A stretch of 63,893 nt of DNA, the filler included, from Octopus bimaculoides (Eukaryota): NCBI RefSeq assembly GCF_001194135.2. It is 5 parts of 4 records of this genome, joined end to end, with 100 filler letters (N's around TTAATTAATTAA, not from the genome) between each part and the next. Parts side by side here need not be neighbours in the genome. Positions count along the whole stretch, not along the records: positions 1 to 19,386 come from NC_068990.1; positions 19,487 to 42,235 come from NC_068984.1; 3 more parts are not named here. One strand, given 5' to 3'. The notes under the pieces are model-generated. The model searched no databases. It was given only the letters and a program-made list of their open reading frames with translations, and was not told the origin of the DNA. This document shows, piece after piece, positions 10,803 through 22,658 of this stretch (position 1 is its first letter; each line of letters begins with the position of its first letter). The translations under genes were made by a program, and so were the position numbers.

Positions 10803-11852
10803 TGTTAAAACCGTTATCTAACGGTTAGGACGTCGGATACAACGCTTTGCAGATCACGATCTTCTGAGTTCAAATTCCGTGCTAGTCTTTTTGCTTTCCA
10901 TTTTTACAAGATCGATAAATTAAAGTACCAGTCAAATACTGAGGTCGCTGCACTAAAATGTGAGACATTGGACCCGATTCAAGAAATGACTATCAGCAAT
11001 ACTTAATGGTGGCGGTAGTAGTAATAATACTAATATTAGTAATGGTTAATTAGTCCCTGATAGAACCTAGTAAGCTTAGAGGTTTCTGCTGTGACCACCT
11101 CATATTAGGATTACATCATGTGTGTGCCTCTCGTATTTAAGAATGCAGCGATTTGTAAGAGATTTGGCTGCTATTTCCAGCTTTTTGAGCCACCACATAG
11201 AGACTACTCATTTGGCTCAGCTAAGATTGATCATACCAAATGGTAAGACATAATAACATACATCAACACCACCACTACTAGCGCCACCCGGACCCTCACC
11301 AAAACTAAACCCCTGTATTTTATTCTACACCTCAAACTCTACTTCATCGTTAACTACAACACCACTAAGAACAACATCGTTGTGGAAGAAACTGAGAAAT
11401 TCTTTAAAAAGTAAATGAAAAAAACAAAAACGAATCAAAAAAAATTTGATACACTCTCAAGCGCACGCGCGCGCACAAAATGTCCTTTGTTGTTGTTTGA
11501 CCTTTCCATGACTTCGTCTTCTACTGAACATCCCCCTCCATTCTTGCTGTTCCTTTCCGATCTCTGCCTTTTGAACTAATATATATATAACTATACATCA
11601 TGTGCTTACAATGCGTGTCCCATATCTAACACAGATACATTCGCACGCTCGTGCGTACGTATATGTATGCATTCTACGTGTGTGTGTGTGTGTGTGTTTG
11701 TATGTACACATACACATACGCGTTTTTTTTATTCTGTTACCGTAGAGTGTGTGTATATAGGTTTGTGTATACGTGTCTTTATCTAAGTATATACGCGTAT
11801 ACCTATCTCAAACTGGGTCTATTCCATCTCTTTCACAGATTTGAATGGATCC

Positions 11853-11891
<39 letters not shown>

Positions 11892-12199
11892 TTGTGTGTG
11901 TTTGTGTGGTTTATTCGTTTAGTGCAGTTTACACGTTAAAATGTGTGACAAAATAGTCAGTATGTAGAAGCCTGCGTGTGTTTCTGTTAGGGTTTTATAA
12001 TTATATCCTTTGTTGTGTAATCCAGGTTTGAGCGCTGCACAGAGAATATGTAGAAAACAAAACGTGAGGTAAAGACAATATAGACACACTTCAAGAAAAG
12101 AAAAACTTGGAGAAATATCTCAATTTAGATATCACGGGATTAATACGAGTTACCTTTAATCCCTACAATTATTAGATTTTCTGGAAAGTTATGAGCGCT

Positions 12200-12845
12200 T
12201 TTTAATATGTAAAAAAGGGATATACCTCATGAACCGAACTTTTAGAAACTTCCAACTCTTCTGCAAGTTCTCCAGTCGAGATATTTGAGTTTTCTTCGAT
12301 TTTTGCCTTTAAAATATCTTCATCCAATTTTGAAGGTCTTCCACTGCAACTGTCATCTTCCAAGCTAAACTCTCCACCTTTAAATTTTGCAAACCACCTT
12401 TGAACAAAGATTGTTTGCCACATAACATGGCAGTCCTGGTTTAAGACGAATGTTGCTGTAATTTAGCCACAGGAGACATCGTCTCCAGCTGGCTATACGA
12501 TACGATCTGTGTCCTTATATTTTCAAACAAGGGAATCTAGCACCCCCACTCAGCGCAAAACAATATCTGAGTGGGAGTGCTAGATTCCCTTGTTCGAAAA
12601 TATAAGGACACAGACGGCGTCATATAGCCAGCTGAAGATGATGTCTCCTGGGGCTAAATTACAGCAACATTCGTCCTAAACCACGACTGCCATGTTATGT
12701 TGGCAAACAATCTTTACTCCAAAGTACTGTTGTTGCGTTGTGAGATTTAAAAAAGGTAATTTTCTCACCTTTGAACAGTTGATTCATCTACAGCATCATC
12801 ATAAACTTCACAAATGTTTTTGCAAGTCTTTGCAGCATTTTCTCC
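12200..12845 (-). pseudogene. Decayed mariner (SETMAR/Mos1-like) transposase N-terminal HTH, split by an insertion
   Basis: GENAAKTCKNICEVYDDAVDESTVQR (12845-12766) continues as VQRWFAKFKGGEFSLEDDSCSGRPSKLDEDILKAKIEENSNISTGELAEELEVSKSSVHE (12406 downward), the classic mariner QRWF..F..G..SLED..RSGRP motif. Confidence 0.9.
12407..12765. mobile_element. Fold-back insertion (two ~148-bp inverted arms, 13-nt loop, 50-nt tail) flanked by a 12-bp direct repeat
   Basis: Arms 12406-12553 and 12567-12715 are about 90% complementary by hand count; CACCTTTGAACA at 12395-12406 and 12766-12777. Confidence 0.85.
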
Positions 12846-12849
12846 AACC

Positions 12850-12958
12850 ACAAAGCTTTGGTCGGCCCGTAGCTATAGTGCCCAAGGTGCCACGCAGTGG
12901 GAATGAACCCGGAACCATGTTGGTTGGTAAGCAAGCTATTTACCACACGGTCACTGCT
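12850..12958 (-). mobile_element. SINE family B head
   Basis: Reverse complement: TAGCTTGCTTACCAACCAACATGGTTCCGGGTTCATTCCCACTGCGTGGCACCTTGGGCAC. Confidence 0.85.
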
Positions 12959-13627
12959 GCTAATAATACGTTAGCCTTGAAGGACCGAGGTCGTTGCAAT
13001 TAACAGTATGGTAAAAATTTCGAACTTGAGGAAAGTGGTGATGGCTTGAATTACGTCGGTGACCATTTTGTCGACAGGAGGGTTTGGATGAACTCAAATG
13101 CTGTGCATCTTCCAGAATATCTTCCACGTGTAATCATATAAAGGAGTCCTTGCGTTCGTTTCAGGGTGATTCACTACGACACCGCCATTACTGCTGCTGC
13201 TCCTACTGCTGCTACTACTACTGCAAACTAACCTGTGACACCACCATCATCAACGTCACCGGTATACAAATGTCAGCTAAGTCAGCATCAACAACAACCT
13301 CTCTAACAACAGGGCTGCTATTGTAGTCGTAGACATCTAACTCACCACCACCACCACCACCACCACTGCTTCGTCGTCGCCGTGGTCGTCGATTAATTGG
13401 GTCAACATATTCCCGTGTTGATGTATATATTATAAAATGTCAACTGACAATCCGTTAACCTCACTGCCCCCCTCTCTCACTACCTTCTTTCTACATTATG
13501 TCTCTCTCTTCCTCTTTGTCTCTCCCTGGTCCCTCTCTCACTCACCCCACCTTACATTTGGTTCCGTTTCTTCTTTTTCCTTATGCATTTGTATATAATG
13601 TGTATAATATATATATATATATATATG

Positions 13628-13870
13628 TACTCTTTTACTCTTTTACTTGTTTCAGTCGACTGCGGCCATGCTGGAGCACCGCCTTTAGTCGAACAAATCG
13701 ACCCCAGGACTTATTCTTTGTAAGCCTAGTACTTATTCTATCGGTGTCTCTTTTGCCGAACCGCTAAGTTACGGGGACGTAAACACACCACCATCGGTTG
13801 TCAAGCGATGTTGGGGGGACAAACATATACACACACACACACATACATATATACATATATACGACGGGCT
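13628..13870 (-). mobile_element. SINE family B 3' part
   Basis: CGACTGCGGCCATGCTGGAGCACCGCCTTTAGTCGAACAAATCGACCCCAGGACTTATTCTTTGTAAGCCTAGTAC block. Confidence 0.9.
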
Positions 13871-14055
13871 AGATCAGATATGGGCAACCTTTTTTAAGAG
13901 CGGGCAGCACAAGATATGCCTCATCATCAGACGGGCCAAATTGTTTTAAAATTCAAAATAATCTTTCGTTAGGTTCGCCATTCAGAAAGTTTCTTGGGCC
14001 GCTGACAGCTTTGAAGCCGTGGTTTTCCCATGACTGATATAAACTCATCCCTCCC

Positions 14056-14107
<52 letters not shown>

Positions 14108-14469
14108 NNNNNNNNNNNNNNNNNNNNNNNNNNNNNNNNNNNNNNNNNNNNNNNNNNNNNNNNNNNNNNNNNNNNNNNNNNNNNNNNNNNNNNNNNNNNN
14201 NNNNNNNNNNNNNNNNNNNNNNNNNNNNNNNNNNNNNNNNNNNNNNNNNNNNNNNNNNNNNNNNNNNNNNNNNNNNNNNNNNNNNNNNNNNNNNNNNNNN
14301 NNNNNNNNNNNNNNNNNNNNNNNNNNNNNNNNNNNNNNNNNNNNNNNNNNNNNNNNNNNNNNNNNNNNNNNNNNNNNNNNNNNNNNNNNNNNNNNNNNNN
14401 NNNNNNNNNNNNNNNNNNNNNNNNNNNNNNNNNNNNNNNNNNNNNNNNNNNNNNNNNNNAAAAAAAGAG

Positions 14470-14665
14470 AAAGTGTCTGTATTTGTCCCCCACCAACGCT
14501 TGGCAGCCGATGTTGGTGTGTTTACGTCACCGTAAATTTAGCATTTCGGCAAAAGCGACCGATAGAATACATACTAGGCTTACAAAAAATGAGTCCTGGG
14601 GTTGATTTGTTTGACTGAAGGCGGTGCTCCAGCACGGCCGCAGTCAAGTAAAAGAATAAAAGAAC
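14470..14665 (+). mobile_element. SINE family B 3' part
   Basis: Same block on the plus strand, ending GGCGGTGCTCCAGCACGGCCGCAGTC. Confidence 0.85.
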
Positions 14666-14974
14666 AAAGAGTAAAATTAAAATTAATCTCCTTCATTTTA
14701 TGACTAACTTCCTAATTACCTATTATTGTCGGTTTTTGCCCATTATTAACAATTATTCAATCGTTCACTTTCTTACCAGTGTAGGCTGTTTCGCATTGTC
14801 CACCATATTGTATGTATAAAGTTCGAAAGAGCACTGAGAAAACTATTGCTGTTATTTTGTTGGTTTCAGCTTTTTGACAGCTGCCATGCGGGAGCATCGC
14901 TTTAAATGGTATAGTCCGTCTTATTCATCGTAGATATACATAAATATGTCTATCCATGCGGATAATTATATATT

Positions 14975-15062
<88 letters not shown>
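14975..15062. repeat. (GT)n microsatellite
   Basis: Pure TG run of about 88 bp. Confidence 0.95.
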
Positions 15063-15065
<3 letters not shown>

Positions 15066-16124
15066 ATATAATTTTCACACACATATGCATACTTGTGTGT
15101 TTTGTTGTATTATCTCACCGCTACACGTGACAGACGACGGCATTTGAAGGTGGAGACAGAAATACGCATGAATTAATGAACTAATAATAAATAATATAGT
15201 AACATAAAAAATATGAAATAATATAATGGATCCGGGGAATGATAAAAGATCTTAATCGAAATCTTGTGAGAGAAAATATAAAATTAAGTGTTGATGTCCT
15301 CAATAAAGGCTGTTTTTAACGCCTTTCTCTTACGATGCACCGAGTATTTTAACCCATGGAATCCAAGGATTAAAATCATGAAATTCCTTTACGCTTCAGC
15401 TATAAATTCATTTGCACCTCTTAATACAAACGCCTGTGTGTATGTATGTATGTATGTATGTGTGTGTGTCTGTGTGTATATACATATACACATACACGTA
15501 AGATAAATAGATGCTTAAAACTCGTATCTATTTATCTATCTCTCTGTCTGTTTGTCTCACTCTCTATTTGAAAATTCAACAATTTCTGCCGTTATCGTTC
15601 CAAATTTCTTGCAAATGTCTCATTATATAAGTTTTCCTTCAGAACTTCCTGAAGAGTACACGGGACATTTTCTGTGAGAAATAGGCTAAGCTGTTTCCCT
15701 GATTGTTCTTCAGTCTTCCATTTGGCATCAGTTTGTGACATTAACAAATATTCTTCTGAAAGTTCATCTCGAAGAAATTAAACGAAAAGGAGGCCACTGG
15801 ATGTGTTGCCCTAATTTTGAAACCTGTATTTGAAAGAAAATACATTTGTTTATAACATACGTTTTAAAAGACTGTTTAAGAACACATTGTTTTTCTTATG
15901 CTTTGGTACACATATATTCTAATACGTCGGCGGCTTATTTCCGCAGTATTTCGGTAAATACTCTTTGGTAAAGTATCATGCTTGCTAACACATTGTTATA
16001 TGCTCTGACGAAGCTATGAAGTGTTGCATAGACACTCAACTGTGTGTGCACGGTTTCTTATAGCCGAAACAGCCATTAGCTAATGAAAGTGATCACGTAA
16101 CTCCTGTCCTTTTATCATCCATTT

Positions 16125-16342
16125 ATTCTTTTCTACTCTAGGCACAAGGCCCGAAATTTTTGGAGAGGGGGGCCAGTCGAGTAGATCGACCCAGTACGCA
16201 ACTGGTACTTAATTTATCGACTCCGAAAGGATGAAAGGCACAGTCGAGTTCGGTGGAATTTGAACTCGGAGCGTAAAGACAGACGAAATACTGCTAAGCA
16301 TTTCGCCCGGCACGCTAACGGTTCTGCCAGGTCGCCGCCTTA
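16125..16342 (-). mobile_element. SINE family A, full length, head adjacent to (TAA)n
   Basis: Reverse complement of the family A consensus; AAT repeat at about 16350-16378. Confidence 0.9.
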
Positions 16343-17544
16343 ACAAAACCAATAATAATAATAATAATAATAATAATGAATTTATGCATATATATACATG
16401 TATGCGTGTGTGATAGTTCTCAGAAAAAACCATCTTAATGATTTAGATGTCTTATATATTATCTAATTCAAAGGTTTTCCTTTTTTTATACCACTGTTTA
16501 TATAAGTGTGTGTGTGTGTGTGTGTGTGTGTATACACTTCTCTGAAAATACATCCTCCCACATCTACTGTGTATTCACATACGAAAGGTCATGAAAAAGT
16601 GGACTAATTGATTTTGATGTATCTAAAGTGACGCACGCTACTCTCACATCCATGCGATCAATTGTAACGCTCGCATATCTACACTCATCCACACAAATGT
16701 GCCACACACGCACCGAAACACNNNNNNNNNNNNNNNNNNNNNNNNNNNNNNNNNNNNNNNNNNNNNNNNNNNNNNNNNNNNNNNNNNNNNNNNNNNNNNN
16801 NNNNNNNNNNNNNNNNNNNNNNNNNNNNNNNNNNNNNNNNNNNNNNNNNNNNNNNNNNNNNNNNNNNNNNNNNNNNNNNNNNNNNNNNNNNNNNNNNNNN
16901 NNNNNNNNNNNNNNNNNNNNNNNNNNNNNNNNNNNNNNNNNNNNNNNNNNNNNNNNNNNNNNNNNNNNNNNNNNNNNNNNNNNNNNNNNNNNNNNNNNNN
17001 NNNNNNNNNNNNNNNNNNNNNNNNNNNNNNNNNNNNNNNNNNNNNNNNNNNNNNNNNNNNNNNNNNNNNNNNNNNNNNNNNNNNNNNNNNNNNNNNNNNN
17101 NNNNNNNNNNNNNNNNNNNNNNNNNNNNNNNNNNNNNNNNNNNNNNNNNNNNNNNNNNNNNNNNNNNNNNNNNNNNNNNNNNNNNNNNNNNNNNNNNNNN
17201 NNNNNNNNNNNNNNNNNNNNNNNNNNNNNNNNNNNNNNNNNNNNNNNNNNNNNNNNNNNNNNNNNNNNNNNNNNNNNNNNNNNNNNNNNNNNNNNNNNNN
17301 NNNNNNNNNNNNNNNNNNNNNNNNNNNNNNNNNNNNNNNNNNNNNNNNNNNNNNNNNNNNNNNNNNNNNNNNNNNNNNNNNNNNNNNNNNNNNNNNNNNN
17401 NNNNNNNNGAGTCGATTCATCAAGACGGTGCCCCAGCATGGCCGCAGTCAAAACACCGAAACAAGTAAAGGATGAAAAACAGGCAGTGGGTGTAGTAAAG
17501 GTGGAAGAACGATTGTTAGCCACAGTGTAATTTATTCTTTTCTT

Positions 17545-17742
17545 ATCTCGGCACAAGGCCAGAAACTTTTTGGGGAGGAGGATTAGATCGATCCCAGTAC
17601 GCAACTGGTATTTAATTCATCGACCCGAAAGGATGAAAGGCAAAATCGACCTCGGTGGAATTTGAACTCAGAACGTAAAGACAGACGAAATGCCGCTAAG
17701 CTTTTCGCCCGGCGTGCTAACGTTTCTGCCCGCTCGCCGCCC
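17545..17742 (-). mobile_element. SINE family A, full length
   Basis: Reverse complement of the family A consensus. Confidence 0.9.
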
Positions 17743-18598
17743 TCACAGTGCAATTTATTAAAGTCTCTCTCTCTCTCTCTCTCTCTCTCCTCATTTCTCT
17801 CTCTCTGAATTGAATCTTTTTTAAAGTTAATGTTTAACTTAATGTATGGTTATATCGGAAACACACATACACACACATTAATGTGTGTGTATGTATTTAT
17901 GTATACGTATCAGTGGGTATATATTCTTGTATGCATATATGTACGTCAGTATATATACGTATGTATGCTGTTATTTAATCCTGAATTTGCTCCAGTCTTA
18001 ACCCATCAAACATGCGTTGCCTTCCTTCATTTATCTTTGAACAAATCCAAAAGAATTCCTCACAGTTCAAAGGAATTCATTTACCATATCTTATGCGCTC
18101 AATGTTCCAATGATTGTACCTAAAGTTCTTTTTTTTTTAGTATTACCGGCGTCTCGTTTCTTGACCCCCACCCCGACCGTCGTGTGTGATATTTGTTTCT
18201 CCCCGATATTCTCAGATAATCCCTTGACACTTTCATCAGCATCACAAATGTAAGTTGGCAACCGGTAATCAACGTCGCCATTGTTGAAAAAACATGTGGC
18301 AATATAGTATTATCAAATGAAACGTTTTAGAAACAGCAGTAAAATCTCTCTTAAATTGCACCCTACTGTTGTAGAAAAAGAATACAGAGGGAATATAGTC
18401 CTATGTGTATTGTGCAAGGGGAAACGATAAGATAGTCACGGTTGGAAAGTCTTTGATCGTAGGTTACCTTGATCAGGTTTGACCTGGGGTTGAACGAGAA
18501 CAGCGTTCCAAGAATCAACACGATGGCAATACGCACTAGAAAGAATCTAGTCTGTCTGTCTATCTGTTTGTCTCTGTGTCTGCCCATCTCTATCTCTC

Positions 18599-18659
<61 letters not shown>

Positions 18660-19119
18660 CATACACTAAATAATGTACCTCGGCTCCCACACATACACTA
18701 CCATAACCTAGAGAATAAAACCACAGGACGTTTACATAAGCAGTTAGAAACACATTAAATGTAGGACAGCAAAATATACTCGGGAGTTTAGAGAGGGCAG
18801 TTGTAGGGGCAAGAACTGAAGCTAAGGAAACGATTGAAGTAGAGGCAGCACTTTTCCCAGCATGAGTAGATGATGATGATGAACGACGAATAGAAGATAA
18901 TAAAAAGTATGGGGTCTTTTTAAAATTATCCCCGAGCAGCTGTTAATACAATATAATCTACCTTCCCCGTAGAGAATTGTTATGATGTCATAAATAAATA
19001 AATAAATATGGTTTGGGATTTTAAGGAGAAATTAACATGGTGGATGAATAACAGTCTAATCTCTTCAGTTAAGAGAGATTAGAAGATGAATTTGGAGGAA
19101 ACCAGGCAAGGCGGCGATG

Positions 19120-19192
19120 AATGAGTGGATTTCGTAGACGGAAACTGAAAGAAGCCCGTCGTTTATATGTGTGTATATATATATATATGTGT

Positions 19193-19224
<32 letters not shown>

Positions 19225-19386
19225 CCAACATCGCCTGACAACCGATGCTGGTGTGTTTATGTCCCCGTAACTTAGCGGTTCGGCAAAAGAGAAAGATAGA
19301 ATAAGTACTAGGCATCCAAAGTCCTGGGGTCGATTTCTTCGACTAAAAAATAAAAGAACAAAGATAGTTTAAGGCGGTGCTCCAGC
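19120..19386 (+). mobile_element. SINE family B with internal (TA/GT)n microsatellite
   Basis: GACGGAAACTGAAAGAAGCCCGTCG + microsatellite + family B 3' block. Confidence 0.85.
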
Positions 19387-19430
19387 NNNNNNNNNNNNNN
19401 NNNNNNNNNNNNNNNNNNNNNNNNNNNNNN

Positions 19431-19442
19431 TTAATTAATTAA
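19431..19442. other. Assembly linker TTAATTAATTAA inside an N gap (also 42280-42291, 54403-54414, 62674-62685)
   Basis: Identical 12-mer isolated within N runs at four places; it gives stops in all six frames. Artefact. Confidence 0.9.
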
Positions 19443-19529
19443 NNNNNNNNNNNNNNNNNNNNNNNNNNNNNNNNNNNNNNNNNNNNTATATATATACATA
19501 ATTCGCCATACTTAACCAGTAAATCTACA

Positions 19530-19680
19530 GGTGCTTTTTTCATTCCCTCTCTGTTTATTGTCTCTTATTCCTTTCTGTTGAAGGGCATAAGCTCCAAACG
19601 TAAAAGACTTCTTAATTTTCCCGAGCGTCAAACTAATGCACCTGCTTGTTGTTCATACACCTGTCTTCGTCTTTTGTTTA
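19530..19680 (+). mobile_element. Short repeat with variant hammerhead-like fold (copy 1; homolog at 54545-54730)
   Basis: CTTT-CTGTTGA-A-GGGC ATAA GCTC-CAAA-CG-TA-AAAG at 19571-19606. The flanking ~150 bp align with the 54.6-kb copy. Confidence 0.6.
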
Positions 19681-19934
19681 GCATCGGTTGAAAATTGAAC
19701 AATGTATAAAATATTTAGTTGTTACGCAAGTTAAATCATAATGAATGCTCCATATATTCTATATGTTGTATACAGAATATATTTTGTGTATTTACCATTC
19801 CTAATTGCCACAAATGCCAATTAATCATAGATGGTATATATTCAATCCATTTCAATGCTTATATTATACATATGCAGAGAGCAGACAAATAGATATACAT
19901 ACATGTATACACAAACATATGTATATGTTTGTGT

Positions 19935-20125
19935 GTCTTTGTTTGTCTCCTACCATCGCTTGAGAACCGATGTTGTGTTTGCGTACCCCTAATTTAACGG
20001 TTCGGCAAAAGAGTTCGCTAGAATAAGTACTAGGCTTACAAAGAATAAGTCCTGGGGTCGATTTGTTCGACTAAGGGTGGTTTTCCAGAATGGCTGCAGT
20101 CAAATGACTGAAACAAATAAAAGAA
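19935..20125 (+). mobile_element. SINE family B 3' part
   Basis: CATCGCTTGAGAACCGATG...GGCAAAAGAG...AATAAGTCCTGGGGTCGATTTG block. Confidence 0.85.
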
Positions 20126-20965
20126 CATATATATATCTGTCTTTCTGTCTGCCTTGCCTGCCTGCCTGTCTACATACCTGCGCGTATTTGTATGTGTCTG
20201 ATACGAAGCATAACAGCAAAACTCACGAACGATTTCTTTAATACATCGCCCCTTTTTTACATTTTGTTGCGTAGATATTATTTCTATAAATGATAAGACT
20301 TGCTTTATTCTTCAAAAGATATTTATGTTTAAGGCGACTGAGGAAAATGTATTTAATTATATTTTCACTTGTAAACACAGCCGTGAATATCAAATGTATA
20401 AATGTGTAAAAATCATTTAAATTTTATACAAGCATTTTGTTTTGAATCATAGGAGAAAAAAATGACGATAACGAAAATGAAGATAAAAGCTTCAGACGCC
20501 GATTTGATTCTTACACGAACTAGTGGTGACAAAGAAGATAAATATAAATATCAGGTGACGAGTCACAATAAAACTTGAGAGACATGATGGCGACTTACCA
20601 CGAGAGAGTTTGTTTGAAGAAACTAGTTTCAATTTTCAATGTAACAAGGGAATTTTCAATGAAAATGAATATTCAACTCCTCCTTCTGATTATATATTTC
20701 AAGCGATATATACTATATTTAAGCTATTAAACTACAGCAACTACCAATAAAAATATAGTTTTTAATGTCTAATGCTGGATAAATTTGAAACTAAATTTTG
20801 ATAGATGGTAACAGGTCTTTTAAGTTGCAGTATATGATATCATATATCTACTTATCTATCTATCTNNNNNNNNNNNNNNNNNNNNNNNNNNNNNNNNNNN
20901 NNNNNNNNNNNNNNNNNNNNNNNNNNNNNNNNNNNNNNNNNNNNNNNNNNNNNNNNNNNNNNNNN

Positions 20966-21007
<42 letters not shown>

Positions 21008-22620
21008 CTTCCTAAAACACTGTAGGTAAAAATGTACCGGAGTTTTTAGTCATCTGTCAAGTCGCAGCAAGAACCTCAGACAGTTAATATTTTCCTTAAG
21101 ATGTGCTTTGTAATCAGTTCGTATACATTACTATTTTTTGTATACAAATATCTATGATATATTCATATTTAGATTATTTTAATAGCTAGTGTGTTCATTT
21201 AGAACATAGCTATGTTAGATTTCGGTGCATTTCAATATATGTTAAGTGGAATATATACAAAAAGATAATGATCAACCATACATGATGGCATTTAGTAGTG
21301 TATTAAGCTCTGTACATGCAAGTTTCTTTCCTCTGCACATGCAACAGTTTCTTTCAATAGAAGGTTGTGTTGGATCTAACTGAAACTGACACTTAGCAAT
21401 AAAATGGCACCTTCTATACACTCACCTGTATTAGTATTTTTTTCTCAGGTACGAGATTGGTATCTCCGAAATAGGTAAATACACAGGATAATGTAACAGC
21501 AGGAATTCCGGAAAAGAAATAACTATGCTTCCGCCTTGACGTTTGCGCTAATGACGTATTAAATCCTATGAAGAGATATTCGCACAAATAAGAAAAATAT
21601 CAATGAGTCACCTTTAAAATGAATATAAAGATAAAGATAGGCACTCAATAAAGACCACAACAGACCTCACCAATGTTTCGTACCTTACACGTGTGAGTGG
21701 CTCTTTTATTATCCATACCACCAAGTTGTTCTACCGGTGTCTTTGACACATAGCGAATCTAAACAAATCGAAGCTAGAAATTAACATAATTACCAGAAGT
21801 GTAGGGACGCAGCGTGCCTGATGTAAATTGTTGCCAGAAAATTAATTAATCAATTATCAATTCTTACCTGAAGAATATAAGACGTTTCCAATAATGAAGC
21901 CGTATTGATGAAATTGATGTCGAATCACGTAATTTCGAATGTCAACCAATGCTAGCATATTCCAAACTTGCAATTGTATATGAAATTAAATTCTACAGTG
22001 GAATTGGGACACCAAAATATTTTCGCAATTACTACAAAACAATATTAATTGTAAGAGCTATTAAACAAATGGGATTTTACAAGGAAAATATCGTCACGAT
22101 CAGCAAAATAGTAAAAATTCAAGACAATGCGACATTATAGCACTAAGTCAAACATTAAACAAACATTTCTTTACAAAGAGCATTAAACCCTGTAAGCAAT
22201 GTATGGAATGTAATCATTTATCATTCTTTTTCATTCGAATAGTAATTATTCAGGAACCGTATCTAGGAGAATAAACTGTTCCAGAATACACTGACATCAA
22301 CGAGGAGAGCTCTTTTTTGCAGTAAGTAGTCTTATGAACTAAGTAGAAATTGGTGTGTATATGCGCATGCGTACGGGTGTGCATGTGAGAGTGAGAGAGA
22401 GANNNNNNNNNNNNNNNNNNNNNNNNNNNNNNNNNNNNNNNNNNNNNNNNNNNNNNNNNNNNNNNNNNNNNNNNNNNNNNNNNNNNNNNNNNNNNNNNNN
22501 NNNNNNNNNNNNNNNNNNNNNNNNNNNNNNNNNNNNNNNNNNNNNNNNNNNNNNNNNNNNNNNNNNNNNNNNNNNNNNNNNNNNNNNNNNNNNNNNNNNN
22601 NNNNNNNNNNNNNNNNNNNN

Positions 22621-22658
<38 letters not shown>

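Noticed and set aside
19431-19442. TTAATTAATTAA repeated at four sites (also 42280, 54403, 62674)
   Set aside because: Always isolated inside N runs; a scaffolding linker, not biology.
20668-20691. TTCAACTCCTCC resembling part of miR-1175-3p
   Set aside because: The seed region differs and there is no hairpin.
415-21428. Strong minus-strand splice donors (CAG/GTAAGA near 420, AAG/GTAAGA near 7299, GTG/GTAAGT near 20601, CAG/GTGAGT near 21426)
   Set aside because: No chain of compatible exons with recognisable protein sequence; such motifs are expected by chance in 64 kb.
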